Part shown: one piece after another, positions 44,437-54,024 of the stretch | Layout of the letters: every line of letters begins with the position of its first letter | How positions within the stretch are numbered: position 1 is the stretch's first letter | Virus record (IMG/VR): IMGVR_UViG_3300010938_000951 | Coordinates: 186,001-250,000 of that record | Length of the DNA stretch: 64,000 bases | Direction: 5' to 3' (one strand) | The notes under the pieces: model-generated | Databases searched by the model: none | Told to the model about the DNA's origin: nothing | The model's input: the letters and a program-made list of their open reading frames with translations, nothing else | Program-made: the position numbers and the translations under genes

Positions 44437-46274
44437 TGCCAGAAAATAAACCTTCTAAAACTCCAATTATCGATATGCCTTCCAAAAAGCAATTGGCAAA
44501 GGTTATTGGACCTTATTCTGATAAAGAATTAGAGCTTACTCCAGAAATGGAAGAGAAGATGAAGAAGCTTATGGAGTTTTTTGATTTCTATGGAATAGAT
44601 TATAGTAAATTCAAACCAGAGTTTCTGTCATTTATAACAGATAAGAAGGCTTATCCTAATTATGATCAGTATCAATATATTGCCGGCCAACATGATTTAA
44701 AAAAATGGATGTATGCTCTGAAAGATATCCACTACAAACAAAAAGCGGGATTCCCATATCGTGAGGCTATTAAACGAGCAACTCAAGGTTGGGCGAAGAT
44801 GGAAATTTATGATTTCCTAAATTGGCTAAGGTTTTACGAAGAAGGGGCTCACATGAAATATAAGTTTGCACAAGTCTGGTATGAAAATGGTCAGCCAGGT
44901 TACTTCTTACATATAAAGCCAGATGCTCCTAAGGAGCCAGCACCTCATTACGATGCTAATGCTGTCAATGACGCTCGTGAAGAGGCAGAGCGCAGAGAAG
45001 AAAAAAGACAGCTTATTGAAAAACAACGTTCTAAGATTATAGGACGTTTGGATTCTGCGGAAAAACTTTTGCGCTCTCAAGAGGGTCAAGAGTTTGCTGG
45101 TAAAGAGTTAGAAAATTTGATGGAAGCTATTTACACTCTTAAAAAGAAAGTGCAGCTTGTTAATAAACTTAGCGTCTCTACTCGTTTGTATGAAGACATG
45201 ATCGTTCGTGAAGGAAATGTTCTTAAGCGTAATGGTTTTACCAAAGCTGCTGAAGTTTTATATTCTTTGGCTCAAACTCCTGGTGCGTCTGGAGAATCTG
45301 CTCAAGGCACACCAGAGGCTGGTGCTGTTCCACCACCATCCCCACCAGCAGATCCATCAGGAGCAGGTAATCCTGGTGCTCCCGGAGGATTACCAATGCC
45401 ACCTCCGCCAGGCGCCCCAAATATACAGACCCCTGTGGGTGGTGACCAAAATGATCCCCCTCAACCAAAAGGCATTAAAGAATTCATTGATAATATGAAT
45501 GAGGGCAATAAGACAGATGCTTCAGAATCTGATGATGAATTAGAAGTAGAAGATTCTGAAGATACATTAATGGTAACAGAAGCTCAAGCTGTTGCGCCTG
45601 TAACTCCACCGCCTCCCCCGGCCGCATTGGAAGATGTTCCAATGACAGACGCCCCTCCACCAGATAGAAATCCTCCCGCATTCGTCCCAGAGGCTACCCC
45701 TAAAGAACCAACCAAAACAGAAGAAGAGCCATTAGAAGTAACTGAAGAAGATTTGCCACCACCAGGCGGAGATACTCCTTCTGGCGGCGCTGGTGCCAGC
45801 ATAGATAGTAAAATCGATAGTGCATTTCAAAATGTAACAATGGAAGAAATTGTATCTGAATTGGAAGATATCTCTACATATTTTAAAGTGCGTGAGATAC
45901 CAAGACGTTTAGCACGTTTAGATATGATGTTTGATGCTAAGGGAATTTCAGCTTATTTCCCAAGTTTAGCTGAAGCTCAAAACAGAGCTTTGGATGCTAA
46001 CAACTATATTGCTACTCGTATTGATGATATTCTAGCCAAAGTACGTGGAGCTATGGCTACATCTGATATCGCCACCAAATTAAAAACAGATCAAGAAAAA
46101 GAAAAACAGCGCAAACAGATGAGAAAAGAGCAAGAAAATGCTGAACTTGAGGGAGCAACTCCAACAGAAAAAGAAACGCCAACAGTAGAATTAGGTGAGC
46201 TAGGAACTCCTCCGGCTCCTCCAGCAGCCCCAGCAGCTCCTCCAGCGGCCCCACCAAGACCACCAGCAGTCTAA
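44436..46274 (+). CDS. hypothetical (putative internal head) protein with long Pro/acidic linkers
   Basis: 612 aa; KKAY, KFAQ, SLAQ and TEAQ borders. Confidence 0.8.
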   Translation: MPENKPSKTPIIDMPSKKQLAKVIGPYSDKELELTPEMEEKMKKLMEFFDFYGIDYSKFKPEFLSFITDKKAYPNYDQYQYIAGQHDLKKWMYALKDIHYKQKAGFPYREAIKRATQGWAKMEIYDFLNWLRFYEEGAHMKYKFAQVWYENGQPGYFLHIKPDAPKEPAPHYDANAVNDAREEAERREEKRQLIEKQRSKIIGRLDSAEKLLRSQEGQEFAGKELENLMEAIYTLKKKVQLVNKLSVSTRLYEDMIVREGNVLKRNGFTKAAEVLYSLAQTPGASGESAQGTPEAGAVPPPSPPADPSGAGNPGAPGGLPMPPPPGAPNIQTPVGGDQNDPPQPKGIKEFIDNMNEGNKTDASESDDELEVEDSEDTLMVTEAQAVAPVTPPPPPAALEDVPMTDAPPPDRNPPAFVPEATPKEPTKTEEEPLEVTEEDLPPPGGDTPSGGAGASIDSKIDSAFQNVTMEEIVSELEDISTYFKVREIPRRLARLDMMFDAKGISAYFPSLAEAQNRALDANNYIATRIDDILAKVRGAMATSDIATKLKTDQEKEKQRKQMRKEQENAELEGATPTEKETPTVELGELGTPPAPPAAPAAPPAAPPRPPAV

Positions 46275-46282
46275 GGAGATAA

Positions 46283-47053
46283 ATGAAACTCCGTGAACTG
46301 CTTCAAGAAATGAAGAGAGTCCAGGTAAATATAGGCGCATCTACGCCGTATATTTGCGGAGGTACGCCCAGAGATAAATACATGGGCAAATTAGAAAATA
46401 TTGCAGACATAGATATGACTACTGGAGATAAAACTGTAGACTATCTATCTCAAGAATTTTATTTAACATTACGTAAAAGGTATAACGTTACTAGAAAAAC
46501 TATGGATGATGGACATAGTACGATTTTCATTGGCAGTTTGAAAATTGATTTCTCTTCAAATTTTATTGTACCAAATATTGATCAAGAGCTGGCAAAATTA
46601 GGAATTACTAAACCAACAGATATGCAACGCGAAATGTTTAGTCGTGATTTTACTTGCAACTCATTATTGCTTACTACAGATTTAAAACAAGTTTTAGACC
46701 CAACCAAAAGAGGATTCAAAGATATTAAAGATAAGAAAATACGTACTTGTTTATCACCAGAAATTACATTAACATCTAATAGAAATAGGGTGGTAAGGGC
46801 TATTTATTTAGCTTGTAAATTGGATTTCGATATAGACGATTCAATTATAGATTTTGTGCGCCAACATCCAGATTCTGTAAAAATCTCAACTGAGAAATCT
46901 ATGAATGATAAGTTGAATGAAGCGTTCTCTAGAAATCCAGAGAAGGCTGCAGCACTTATTACACAAATGAATCTCTGGAGCTATATTCCAATTACAGAAA
47001 AAGTTTATCCATATTATATAAAACAAATTAAAGGTAAAACTAATGTCGGTTAA
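46283..47053 (+). CDS. class II CCA/poly(A)-type nucleotidyltransferase (head-neck domains) with variant templating motif
   Basis: GGTPRD, DID, SRDFT.N and DP..G..D; SNRNR in place of EDxxR. Confidence 0.88.
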   Translation: MKLRELLQEMKRVQVNIGASTPYICGGTPRDKYMGKLENIADIDMTTGDKTVDYLSQEFYLTLRKRYNVTRKTMDDGHSTIFIGSLKIDFSSNFIVPNIDQELAKLGITKPTDMQREMFSRDFTCNSLLLTTDLKQVLDPTKRGFKDIKDKKIRTCLSPEITLTSNRNRVVRAIYLACKLDFDIDDSIIDFVRQHPDSVKISTEKSMNDKLNEAFSRNPEKAAALITQMNLWSYIPITEKVYPYYIKQIKGKTNVG

Positions 47054-47795
47054 TAAGCAAGCCTATTTTCAGGGTGGTGGCGGTGTAAATGAGCCAAAAC
47101 CAAAGAAGAAGAAATATAAATCTGATCCTGCTATTGTAGTTCAGCCAAGGTTCAAAGAGCCGTTTTATCGCAATTACGATTTATACAATGTTCCGGGCGA
47201 GCACGGCCCAGGCGCCGGTTGGCACGACATGAAAAAGTATAAATCGGTTTCAGAATTTCTAAAAGCCAAAAGAAAGAAGCTGAAGGACAAGTACAAAGCC
47301 GACGACTCTTGGATTTTGGATGATAATTCAAAAACGAAGAAAAATCCAAATATTGAAGCTCGTGCCGCCGTTTTTGAGGAAATTATTAAAAACGCTATCG
47401 ATTTTCCAATTGATGATCAGATTGATGAGGGGTTGGGCGGACCATTTGAGACAGATACTGTTAATGATAATCCAGTAGGATATGCTAATTTAACAGGCGG
47501 AAAATTAGATGAATATTTGCCAAAAAATGATTTTGAAGGTAAATTACCAACTAATTTAGATTTTGGTAGGGACTATGTTGAGAGGCAAGAGCCTGGTCGT
47601 GGGCTATTAGATGATATTATTGAAAAACTTTTCAATAAGTATTTACCAGCATCGGAAACAGATTTATTTGGATTACCAGATGGTATTGAACCAAATTCTG
47701 ATTTAGATGCAGAACAGACAATGGATGTAGAAGAGCCATTTACTGGAACATCCGATATTGGCACTGATATGTATAAGGATAATTGGATCGTCTAA
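47043..47795 (+). CDS. hypothetical protein, largely disordered, sharing an N-terminal peptide with the scaffold repeats
   Basis: NKQAYFQGGGGVNEP is identical to a 59151-protein segment. Confidence 0.8.
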   Translation: MSVNKQAYFQGGGGVNEPKPKKKKYKSDPAIVVQPRFKEPFYRNYDLYNVPGEHGPGAGWHDMKKYKSVSEFLKAKRKKLKDKYKADDSWILDDNSKTKKNPNIEARAAVFEEIIKNAIDFPIDDQIDEGLGGPFETDTVNDNPVGYANLTGGKLDEYLPKNDFEGKLPTNLDFGRDYVERQEPGRGLLDDIIEKLFNKYLPASETDLFGLPDGIEPNSDLDAEQTMDVEEPFTGTSDIGTDMYKDNWIV

Positions 47796-47810
47796 AACCA
47801 ATCATTATCA

Positions 47811-47839
47811 TTGCATACAACCGCATATTATCATATAAA
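47811..47839 (+). promoter_or_regulatory. sigma70-like TTGCAT-17-TATAAA overlapping motif-B variant GCATATT-ATCA-TAT (47823-47836)
   Basis: Intergenic, upstream of the GAGGT SD and ATG 47863. Confidence 0.5.
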
Positions 47840-47862
47840 GAAAGCACTCTAGAGGTACCTAA

Positions 47863-48939
47863 ATGACTTTACAATCGACAGCACAACAGCTATACGTCAT
47901 AGACCCGGTTTCCCCAGCGTCACAACTACCAGCTCATGACGAACATTCAGTTATAGCTATACCTCCACACCTACACCATGGTGGCGAGGAAGAGCTTATG
48001 AGTGGGCCTATTGAAGTGTCCGAGCCGGGGGAAATTGAAATTCTTATAGAAGACATTCCAGGCGCTCCTCCAGGAACTAAGGATCCAGAAATTGAAGTTG
48101 TTGATGAATCATTGCAAGTTGAAGATAACAATGAAGCAAAAAAGGAAACCGAAAAAGACGAAAAGGGTAGTAAATGGAATTGGTCAAAGCACGGTCCACA
48201 TGGCTTTGTAGCTTGGGTCAAGGAAAGACTTGATTCTGTTCCAAAACACTCAGGATACGATTCTGCCGGACTAGAGCGCGCCATGGCTTACATGGAAAAA
48301 TTAGACAATGAAATTTCTAAGGCCATGAGAATGGATCTTGATTCTGAATTAGACGCCAATCAGGTCGAGAAGATTCGCTCTCAATTAGATGAAGGTTTAG
48401 CTCGTTTGCGTGATCGTCTTGATAAGGTTAAAGAATCCAAAAAGTCTTCTCGTAAAAAGAAGAAGACCGCTGCCGATTTGAAGTCTCAAATTGACAAAGT
48501 GCTTGAAAAATATGCAGATGAAGATTTACAAGCATGGGTAGAGGATACTGGTGTTCCAGGCGAAGAATGGAGCGCAGAAAAAGTAATTGTACAACTCGCT
48601 AATGAAGGCTTTGAACCTGGTTTTGAAGGCACTAACATCGTTAAAGAGGCTCAAAAAATTACTGGTGTGCAAGGTGTTTATGTAACCGTTCCTCTTTTAA
48701 TCTCTAGGGTGGCTCGTGTTTGCATTAATGGTACTGTATCTGCGGGACATGATATTGAAGATTTATACAGACGCCAAGTAGCTAAGTATAAATTAGATGA
48801 TCGTGAGCAGGCTGAAGTAAGACAATTACTATGGGATATGGGCTATCCACTTCGTGAAGACCGTGGATTCTTCCCAGAAGATGACCTAGAAGTATACGAT
48901 ACTGATAACATGGATTGGGCAGCTAACTACAGGGCATAA
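47863..48939 (+). CDS. hypothetical (putative head) protein
   Basis: 358 aa; STAQ, KKTAA and VKEAQ borders. Confidence 0.8.
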   Translation: MTLQSTAQQLYVIDPVSPASQLPAHDEHSVIAIPPHLHHGGEEELMSGPIEVSEPGEIEILIEDIPGAPPGTKDPEIEVVDESLQVEDNNEAKKETEKDEKGSKWNWSKHGPHGFVAWVKERLDSVPKHSGYDSAGLERAMAYMEKLDNEISKAMRMDLDSELDANQVEKIRSQLDEGLARLRDRLDKVKESKKSSRKKKKTAADLKSQIDKVLEKYADEDLQAWVEDTGVPGEEWSAEKVIVQLANEGFEPGFEGTNIVKEAQKITGVQGVYVTVPLLISRVARVCINGTVSAGHDIEDLYRRQVAKYKLDDREQAEVRQLLWDMGYPLREDRGFFPEDDLEVYDTDNMDWAANYRA

Positions 48940-48940
48940 T

Positions 48941-49573
48941 ATGGTTAAAAATTCTAGACACCAAGGTGTCATTAGTAGACAATCTGATGAATCTTATAGC
49001 GAAGATCATTGGTTGAAGGAGTTTGAAAACAAACTTCAAAAAACCAGCGTACAGCCTCGTGGTCATAGCCTATTTGATCAGATTAGCTCCATCATGAATA
49101 CTAAATCCAAATATCCATCAGTACAAGCTGCAGTTGATGATATGATGCAGCGCAGTGGATTAACAGCTTATTTGGATAATGTTAAAACATCTACAGAAGA
49201 AACTTCAGGCAAACCAAAGAAAACCGCTCAATTAAAAGAAGACTCTAAAATTCCTGATGTAATTAAAGCTAAACCAAGCATCAAACACACTCTAGAGAAT
49301 ATTATCAGGGAAACAAGAGGAAATATTCCAGTTCCAGCTATAATTAGTCGTTTGCGAGCCCTTCATGCGGCTGATATTAGTGATGAAAGTGCTTGGGAAG
49401 ATGAGAAACTCATTCGTTTAGTTAGCAGTTGTAATCTACAAGCCAAGAAGGACAATCCTGGAAACTATGATCATTTTGATGATCTAGGTAGAGGAGACCA
49501 TTCTACTGCTGATTCTGATATTGATGCGTCCAATACTGATGCATTTAACGCTTTAATGCCTGCAAAAATTTAA
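48941..49573 (+). CDS. hypothetical (putative head) protein
   Basis: 210 aa; KKTAQ. Confidence 0.75.
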   Translation: MVKNSRHQGVISRQSDESYSEDHWLKEFENKLQKTSVQPRGHSLFDQISSIMNTKSKYPSVQAAVDDMMQRSGLTAYLDNVKTSTEETSGKPKKTAQLKEDSKIPDVIKAKPSIKHTLENIIRETRGNIPVPAIISRLRALHAADISDESAWEDEKLIRLVSSCNLQAKKDNPGNYDHFDDLGRGDHSTADSDIDASNTDAFNALMPAKI

Positions 49574-49587
49574 GTGCTTTGCACTTA
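49571..49587. repeat. palindrome TAAGTGC-ttt-GCACTTA containing both convergent stop codons
   Basis: TAA 49571-73 (+ gene) mirrors TAA 49585-87 (- gene). Confidence 0.85.
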
Positions 49588-50091
49588 CCCAGCCTGTTTT
49601 TGAGTATTTCTAGTGGGCCTAATTACTATTTCAGGCTTATCATGTGGACAATATCCAAAAAATCCTTTAGCACAGTTGCAATTATAGCATAATAATTGAT
49701 ATTCTTCTTTAGGAAAGTTATTTTTAATTAGCCAACGGTATAATTTACCACCAGATTTCTTACCATTTTGTCGTCGATCTTCTGCACCATCATTATTTAT
49801 GTGATCAATAGTTAGAAATTCTAAGGTAGTTTCCCCACAACAAGTGCATTTGCCACCATAGGCTTCTATAATTTTTTGTTTAACACTAAGATCATAAACT
49901 CTTTGTTGTTCTCTTATTATTTCTTTTCTATTTGTATATCTTCTTTTGCTATATTCTTTACAACAAAAGATACACATATATTTAGCCTGTTTAATATCGG
50001 AAGGTCTAGTATTATCTTTAGTTAGGCTTTTGAAGCATACAGTGCAGCTTTTGCCTTCAAAACTATATTGTCGTTTTTTCTTATCTGTCAT
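49585..50091 (-). CDS. His-Me finger (HNH-like) endonuclease with N-terminal zinc finger, inverted
   Basis: CTVC and CIFC; YGGKCTCCGE..LTIDHINNDG..YQLLCYNCNCAK. Confidence 0.88.
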   Translation of the reverse strand: MTDKKKRQYSFEGKSCTVCFKSLTKDNTRPSDIKQAKYMCIFCCKEYSKRRYTNRKEIIREQQRVYDLSVKQKIIEAYGGKCTCCGETTLEFLTIDHINNDGAEDRRQNGKKSGGKLYRWLIKNNFPKEEYQLLCYNCNCAKGFFGYCPHDKPEIVIRPTRNTQKQAG

Positions 50092-50117
50092 GGGTATATT
50101 TCAGAATATATCCATGA
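50088..50117. promoter_or_regulatory. palindrome TCATGGGTATATT-tcag-AATATATCCATGA containing both divergent start codons; candidate bidirectional promoter
   Basis: 13-bp arms with one mismatch; G(A/G)TATAT lies 14 nt before each ATG. Confidence 0.7.
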
Positions 50118-51991
50118 ACAATGATACTTATAAAGAAATGTTTTATAGGTTTAAGGATAAGCTAGCTAATCTTGATCCGGTAGAATTTTGCCAGAAACAT
50201 TTAACACTTGAAGGAGAGCCATTTTCTCTCGTAGGCAACGGGTATAAACCTTTCAGCGATATCTATAGATACATTGGAATTAAGGCATTAGAAAAAGATT
50301 CTAAACCAGTTATTCTAGTAAAGGGACGTCAGGTAGGTGCTACTACCATGGCAAGCGCCCTTGAAATGTATTTCATGGGCTCTGGTTTATTTGGAGATGG
50401 ATTCCGTCCACCAATTCGTGTTATTCATGCTTTTCCTCAATTAGAATTAGCGGCAGCTTATTCAAAAACTAAACTCAATCAAATGATTTCTCAGGCTAAA
50501 ATCCCTGAGGGAGCCGTAGAAAATAAAGCATCTCGTCCAAAGTCTTTCATGCAGCAATTGCTTGATACTACGACTGCTACTAATGACTCTTTACATTTTA
50601 AACAATTCTTGGGCGGAAATCACTTGTGGATTGAATCTACTGGTGTAGATGCCGACAGAATCATGGGTCGTACCGCTGATATCATATTTTTTGACGAGGT
50701 ACAGAAAACTACCAGTGTAGCTATTGGAAACGCGCTTAAAATTTTAACCAACGCCAAATATGGTAAGCCAACTAAAGGCGTACAAGTATTTTTTGGAACG
50801 CCACGTCGTAAGGGATCTGATTATCATAAGATGTGGCAATCATCATCTCAGCAGTATTATTATCTTGGATGCGAAAAATGCGAAAAGCATTTTCCTCTTT
50901 ATACTCCAGGTTCTGATGATTGGGAAAAAGTTTGGATTCACGGTATGATTGTTAAATGTACCCATTGTGGTCATGAACAAGATAAACTACAAGCACAAGA
51001 ACGTGGTAAGTGGGTTCCGCTAAAAGATCCAAACGATCCAGATTGCGCAATGGTTGGGTTTCATATTAACCAACTTTACATGCCAAAATTTACACGAGAA
51101 GATATTGAAAAAGAAAAGCCTGGTAAACATCCGATCAACACAGAGCGCGTTTTTCAAAATGAGGTTCTTGGAGAGTTTTATCAAGGTGATGCTACCCCAA
51201 TGTCTCCAGAAGACATTCGTGTAAATTGTGCCGATTTCGAAAGAAAATTTAGCCCTCGTATTTTGCCAGCTAAAGGTGTAACGCAACAATTAACTGTACT
51301 TGGAATCGACTACGGTGCACGTTCAGATTTGGAACAACTAGCAGACCCAGAAAGAGTAAGACCAGCAGGACAATCTTATAGTACAGCAGTTGTATTACAA
51401 ACAAAAGGCCCAAGTATACTATCAATTGAGTTTGCTACCAAATTTAAACGAAATGACATAGAAAGCAAAAAAGGTATAATTGATCAGTTGATGAGACAGT
51501 ACAGTATACAATTGGCTATTGGAGACATTGGTTATTCTAATGACTTCTCATCTCTATTGCATAATACATACGGAGATAGATACTTAGTGTCTCGTGCTCA
51601 TAATAAAGTTAATGAGCATGTTAAGTTCAATCATGAAGCTTTTCCAAAAGAAATTGTTTTTGAAAGAGATTTTTATATTAGTGAACTTTACGATCAAATG
51701 AAAAAAGGATTAGTTAGGTTTCCATATGGCGATTATGAGAAAATCGCATGGCTTATTGATCATTGTTGTAGTATGGAATTAAAACCATCTATTTCTAAAT
51801 ATGGAGATCATACAGTACATTATGTTAAAGGCGGCACTCCAAACGATGGATTTATGGCATTATTAAATGCTTATTTGGCCTATAAATTCCTGGTAAGTCG
51901 AGGGTTTACAAATAATAATCCAACATTACACAATACTAAAAACTTGACGAAACCTATGGTAATTACTGGCTATGTACCTAGGAAGTTCTAA
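50114..51991 (+). CDS. terL: terminase large subunit
   Basis: VKGRQVGATT, FFDEVQ, FGTP, CEKC/CTHC, GIDYG, DIGY and NDG..ALLNAY. The start is ATG 50114, not 49946. Confidence 0.92.
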   Translation: MNNDTYKEMFYRFKDKLANLDPVEFCQKHLTLEGEPFSLVGNGYKPFSDIYRYIGIKALEKDSKPVILVKGRQVGATTMASALEMYFMGSGLFGDGFRPPIRVIHAFPQLELAAAYSKTKLNQMISQAKIPEGAVENKASRPKSFMQQLLDTTTATNDSLHFKQFLGGNHLWIESTGVDADRIMGRTADIIFFDEVQKTTSVAIGNALKILTNAKYGKPTKGVQVFFGTPRRKGSDYHKMWQSSSQQYYYLGCEKCEKHFPLYTPGSDDWEKVWIHGMIVKCTHCGHEQDKLQAQERGKWVPLKDPNDPDCAMVGFHINQLYMPKFTREDIEKEKPGKHPINTERVFQNEVLGEFYQGDATPMSPEDIRVNCADFERKFSPRILPAKGVTQQLTVLGIDYGARSDLEQLADPERVRPAGQSYSTAVVLQTKGPSILSIEFATKFKRNDIESKKGIIDQLMRQYSIQLAIGDIGYSNDFSSLLHNTYGDRYLVSRAHNKVNEHVKFNHEAFPKEIVFERDFYISELYDQMKKGLVRFPYGDYEKIAWLIDHCCSMELKPSISKYGDHTVHYVKGGTPNDGFMALLNAYLAYKFLVSRGFTNNNPTLHNTKNLTKPMVITGYVPRKF

Positions 51992-52015
51992 AGCGCCTAA
52001 ATACTGAGCTTTACT

Positions 52016-52022
52016 GATATAT
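52016..52022 (+). promoter_or_regulatory. motif A TGATATAT
   Basis: Intergenic between TerL and portal. Confidence 0.4.
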
Positions 52023-52068
52023 CATATTTTGTGTATTCTAGTAGAGGGTATAGTGGAACAGAGGTTAC

Positions 52069-53943
52069 ATGGCTGGTATTAAAAAATCGGGATTAGGAGA
52101 TCATCCGTCCTTTTCAGCAAAGTTCTTACAGGGCAGATCCACCACCCCTCAAGTAAGTGCTATTATGGCTCAGGGTGTTTCTGGAGAAAGAAGAGTTATT
52201 CTTTCAGACGAAGTAGACCAAGGATATTTTAGAGACGGTTCTGGGCCAAGTTTAAATAAAATGGCACTAAATTCTCCCACAAGTGCTTCAAATGTAGTCT
52301 CTTCAGTGGGTTTCAAGAAAAATGCTCAAGTAGTTTCTTCAGTTGGAGGAATGTTTCGTGGTATTCATGGAGATTCCGTTAAGCAAACTCCTGAAGTATA
52401 TTCCCCTCTTTGGCTTAATAGTAATCTAAACCTTCCCAGGGACCGTGCAACAATCAATGCATGGTGTCGTAGCTTTTTTGCTTTAAATCCATTTGTACAC
52501 AATGCTATTAGTTTACATAGCACTTATCCTATTAGCAAGCTTTCTATTAAATGTCCAAACAAAGATATTGAAAAATTCTTTGATGATATGATTGAAGAAA
52601 TTGATTTAATGAATATTTGCGTACAAATTGCCCAAGAATATTGGCTTTTAGGAGAAGCATTTGTTTATGCAGAATTAGATGAAGGTAAAGGCAAGTGGAG
52701 TCGCCTACACATTCAGAATCCAGATTTTATGCTTGTCAAACGTACGGTTGTAGCAAGCGAACCAATCATCATGCTTCGTCCTGATGAAAACCTCAAAAAA
52801 ATTATTTTCTCAAATCGTCCAACTGATATTGAACAACGTAAACAATTAAATCAACACATCATTGATTCTGTTAGACGTGGTGAAAATATTCCACTAGACA
52901 ATTTCCACGTATCACATTTGGCTCGTCGTATTAGTCCATACGAAATCAGAGGCACAGGATTACCTGTTTGTATTTTCCGTCAGTTAATGTTATTCGACAA
53001 ATTGCGTGAATCTAAATATGCACAGTCTGATAATATGATCAATCCATTGACTTTGGTTAAGATTGGTTCGGCTGATTATAAGCCAACTTTTGCTGACCTA
53101 GAAGCTTGGAGAAGTGTATTTGAAGAAGCGCAGTACGATAAAGACTTTAAGATATTTACCCATGAAGGAGTAGCGGTTGAAAGAGTAGGTTGGGGACAGG
53201 GAATCTATGATATCTCTGGAGATATTACTCAGCTACTTAAAGAAATTTTTATTGGGTTATTCGTACCACCTGTTATGATGGATGGTGGCGATACTACCAC
53301 TTATGCTAATGCTGGTGTAGCTTTGGACGTTCTTCGTCAGAGGTACATGCAGTTCCGTAACATGATGTCCATTTGGTTAAAGAATAAGATTTTTGCTCCA
53401 ATCTCCAAAATTCAAGGGTTTTATGACTACTCTGGTGGAGAGAAACAACTTATTGTTCCTGAAATTGATTGGAATCACATGTCATTATTTGATGCTGGAG
53501 ATTATATCAATAGTTTAATGACATTATCTCAAGGACAAGCGGATCAAAAGAGAGTATCTATTCATACTCTTTATCGTTCATTGGGTCTTGAGTACGAAGA
53601 TGAAGTACGTAAAATGCGTAAAGAAAATATTCAAAATGCAATTGCTAAGAAAGAAATTGCCGCGTTAGATCAAATGGATCTAAATGCTCTTCGTGCTTTG
53701 GATGATGAGGATGAAATTCCAGAACCAAAACAACCGGGTGCTGGACAAGAACAACCAGTACCAGGAGAGATGCCAGGAGGAGCACCGGGTGGATTACCAG
53801 ATTTGGGTCTACCAGGCGGTGGCCCTCCACCACCTCCACCACCAGGTGGCGGTGGACCTCCACCACCACCTCCTCCGCCACCAGAAGGCGGTCCACCAGG
53901 CGGTGGACCTCCAGCAGGCGGAGCACCTCCACCAGCTCCATAA
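52069..53943 (+). CDS. portal protein with Pro/Gly-rich C-terminal tail
   Basis: Follows TerL; WCRSFF..NP.V.NAI, HLARR.SPYE.RG..LP and PLTLVKIG portal-type motifs; GAGG SD. Confidence 0.85.
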   Translation: MAGIKKSGLGDHPSFSAKFLQGRSTTPQVSAIMAQGVSGERRVILSDEVDQGYFRDGSGPSLNKMALNSPTSASNVVSSVGFKKNAQVVSSVGGMFRGIHGDSVKQTPEVYSPLWLNSNLNLPRDRATINAWCRSFFALNPFVHNAISLHSTYPISKLSIKCPNKDIEKFFDDMIEEIDLMNICVQIAQEYWLLGEAFVYAELDEGKGKWSRLHIQNPDFMLVKRTVVASEPIIMLRPDENLKKIIFSNRPTDIEQRKQLNQHIIDSVRRGENIPLDNFHVSHLARRISPYEIRGTGLPVCIFRQLMLFDKLRESKYAQSDNMINPLTLVKIGSADYKPTFADLEAWRSVFEEAQYDKDFKIFTHEGVAVERVGWGQGIYDISGDITQLLKEIFIGLFVPPVMMDGGDTTTYANAGVALDVLRQRYMQFRNMMSIWLKNKIFAPISKIQGFYDYSGGEKQLIVPEIDWNHMSLFDAGDYINSLMTLSQGQADQKRVSIHTLYRSLGLEYEDEVRKMRKENIQNAIAKKEIAALDQMDLNALRALDDEDEIPEPKQPGAGQEQPVPGEMPGGAPGGLPDLGLPGGGPPPPPPPGGGGPPPPPPPPPEGGPPGGGPPAGGAPPPAP

Positions 53944-53962
53944 TCTTTTAATTCAATTGAAT

Positions 53963-54020
53963 AACCCTCTCTTGTGAATAATCCAGCATTGTTTTAGCTA
54001 TTACGCACAAGTAGAGGGTT
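53963..54020 (+). promoter_or_regulatory. long hairpin occluding the SD of the 54025 gene and enclosing motif B (GAATAAT-CCAG-CAT, 53976-53989)
   Basis: AACCCTCT-CTTGTG pairs with CACAAG-t-AGAGGGTT (14 bp, one bulge). Confidence 0.65.
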
Positions 54021-54024
54021 TTCC

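Noticed and set aside
49946-50113. 56-aa N-terminal extension of TerL given by the ORF track
   Set aside because: It overlaps the HNH gene in antisense and looks non-protein-like; ATG 50114 fits better.
26143-51991. Inteins or introns in DnaE, RecA or TerL
   Set aside because: Lengths are normal, motifs are contiguous, and no splice-junction motifs or embedded endonucleases are visible.
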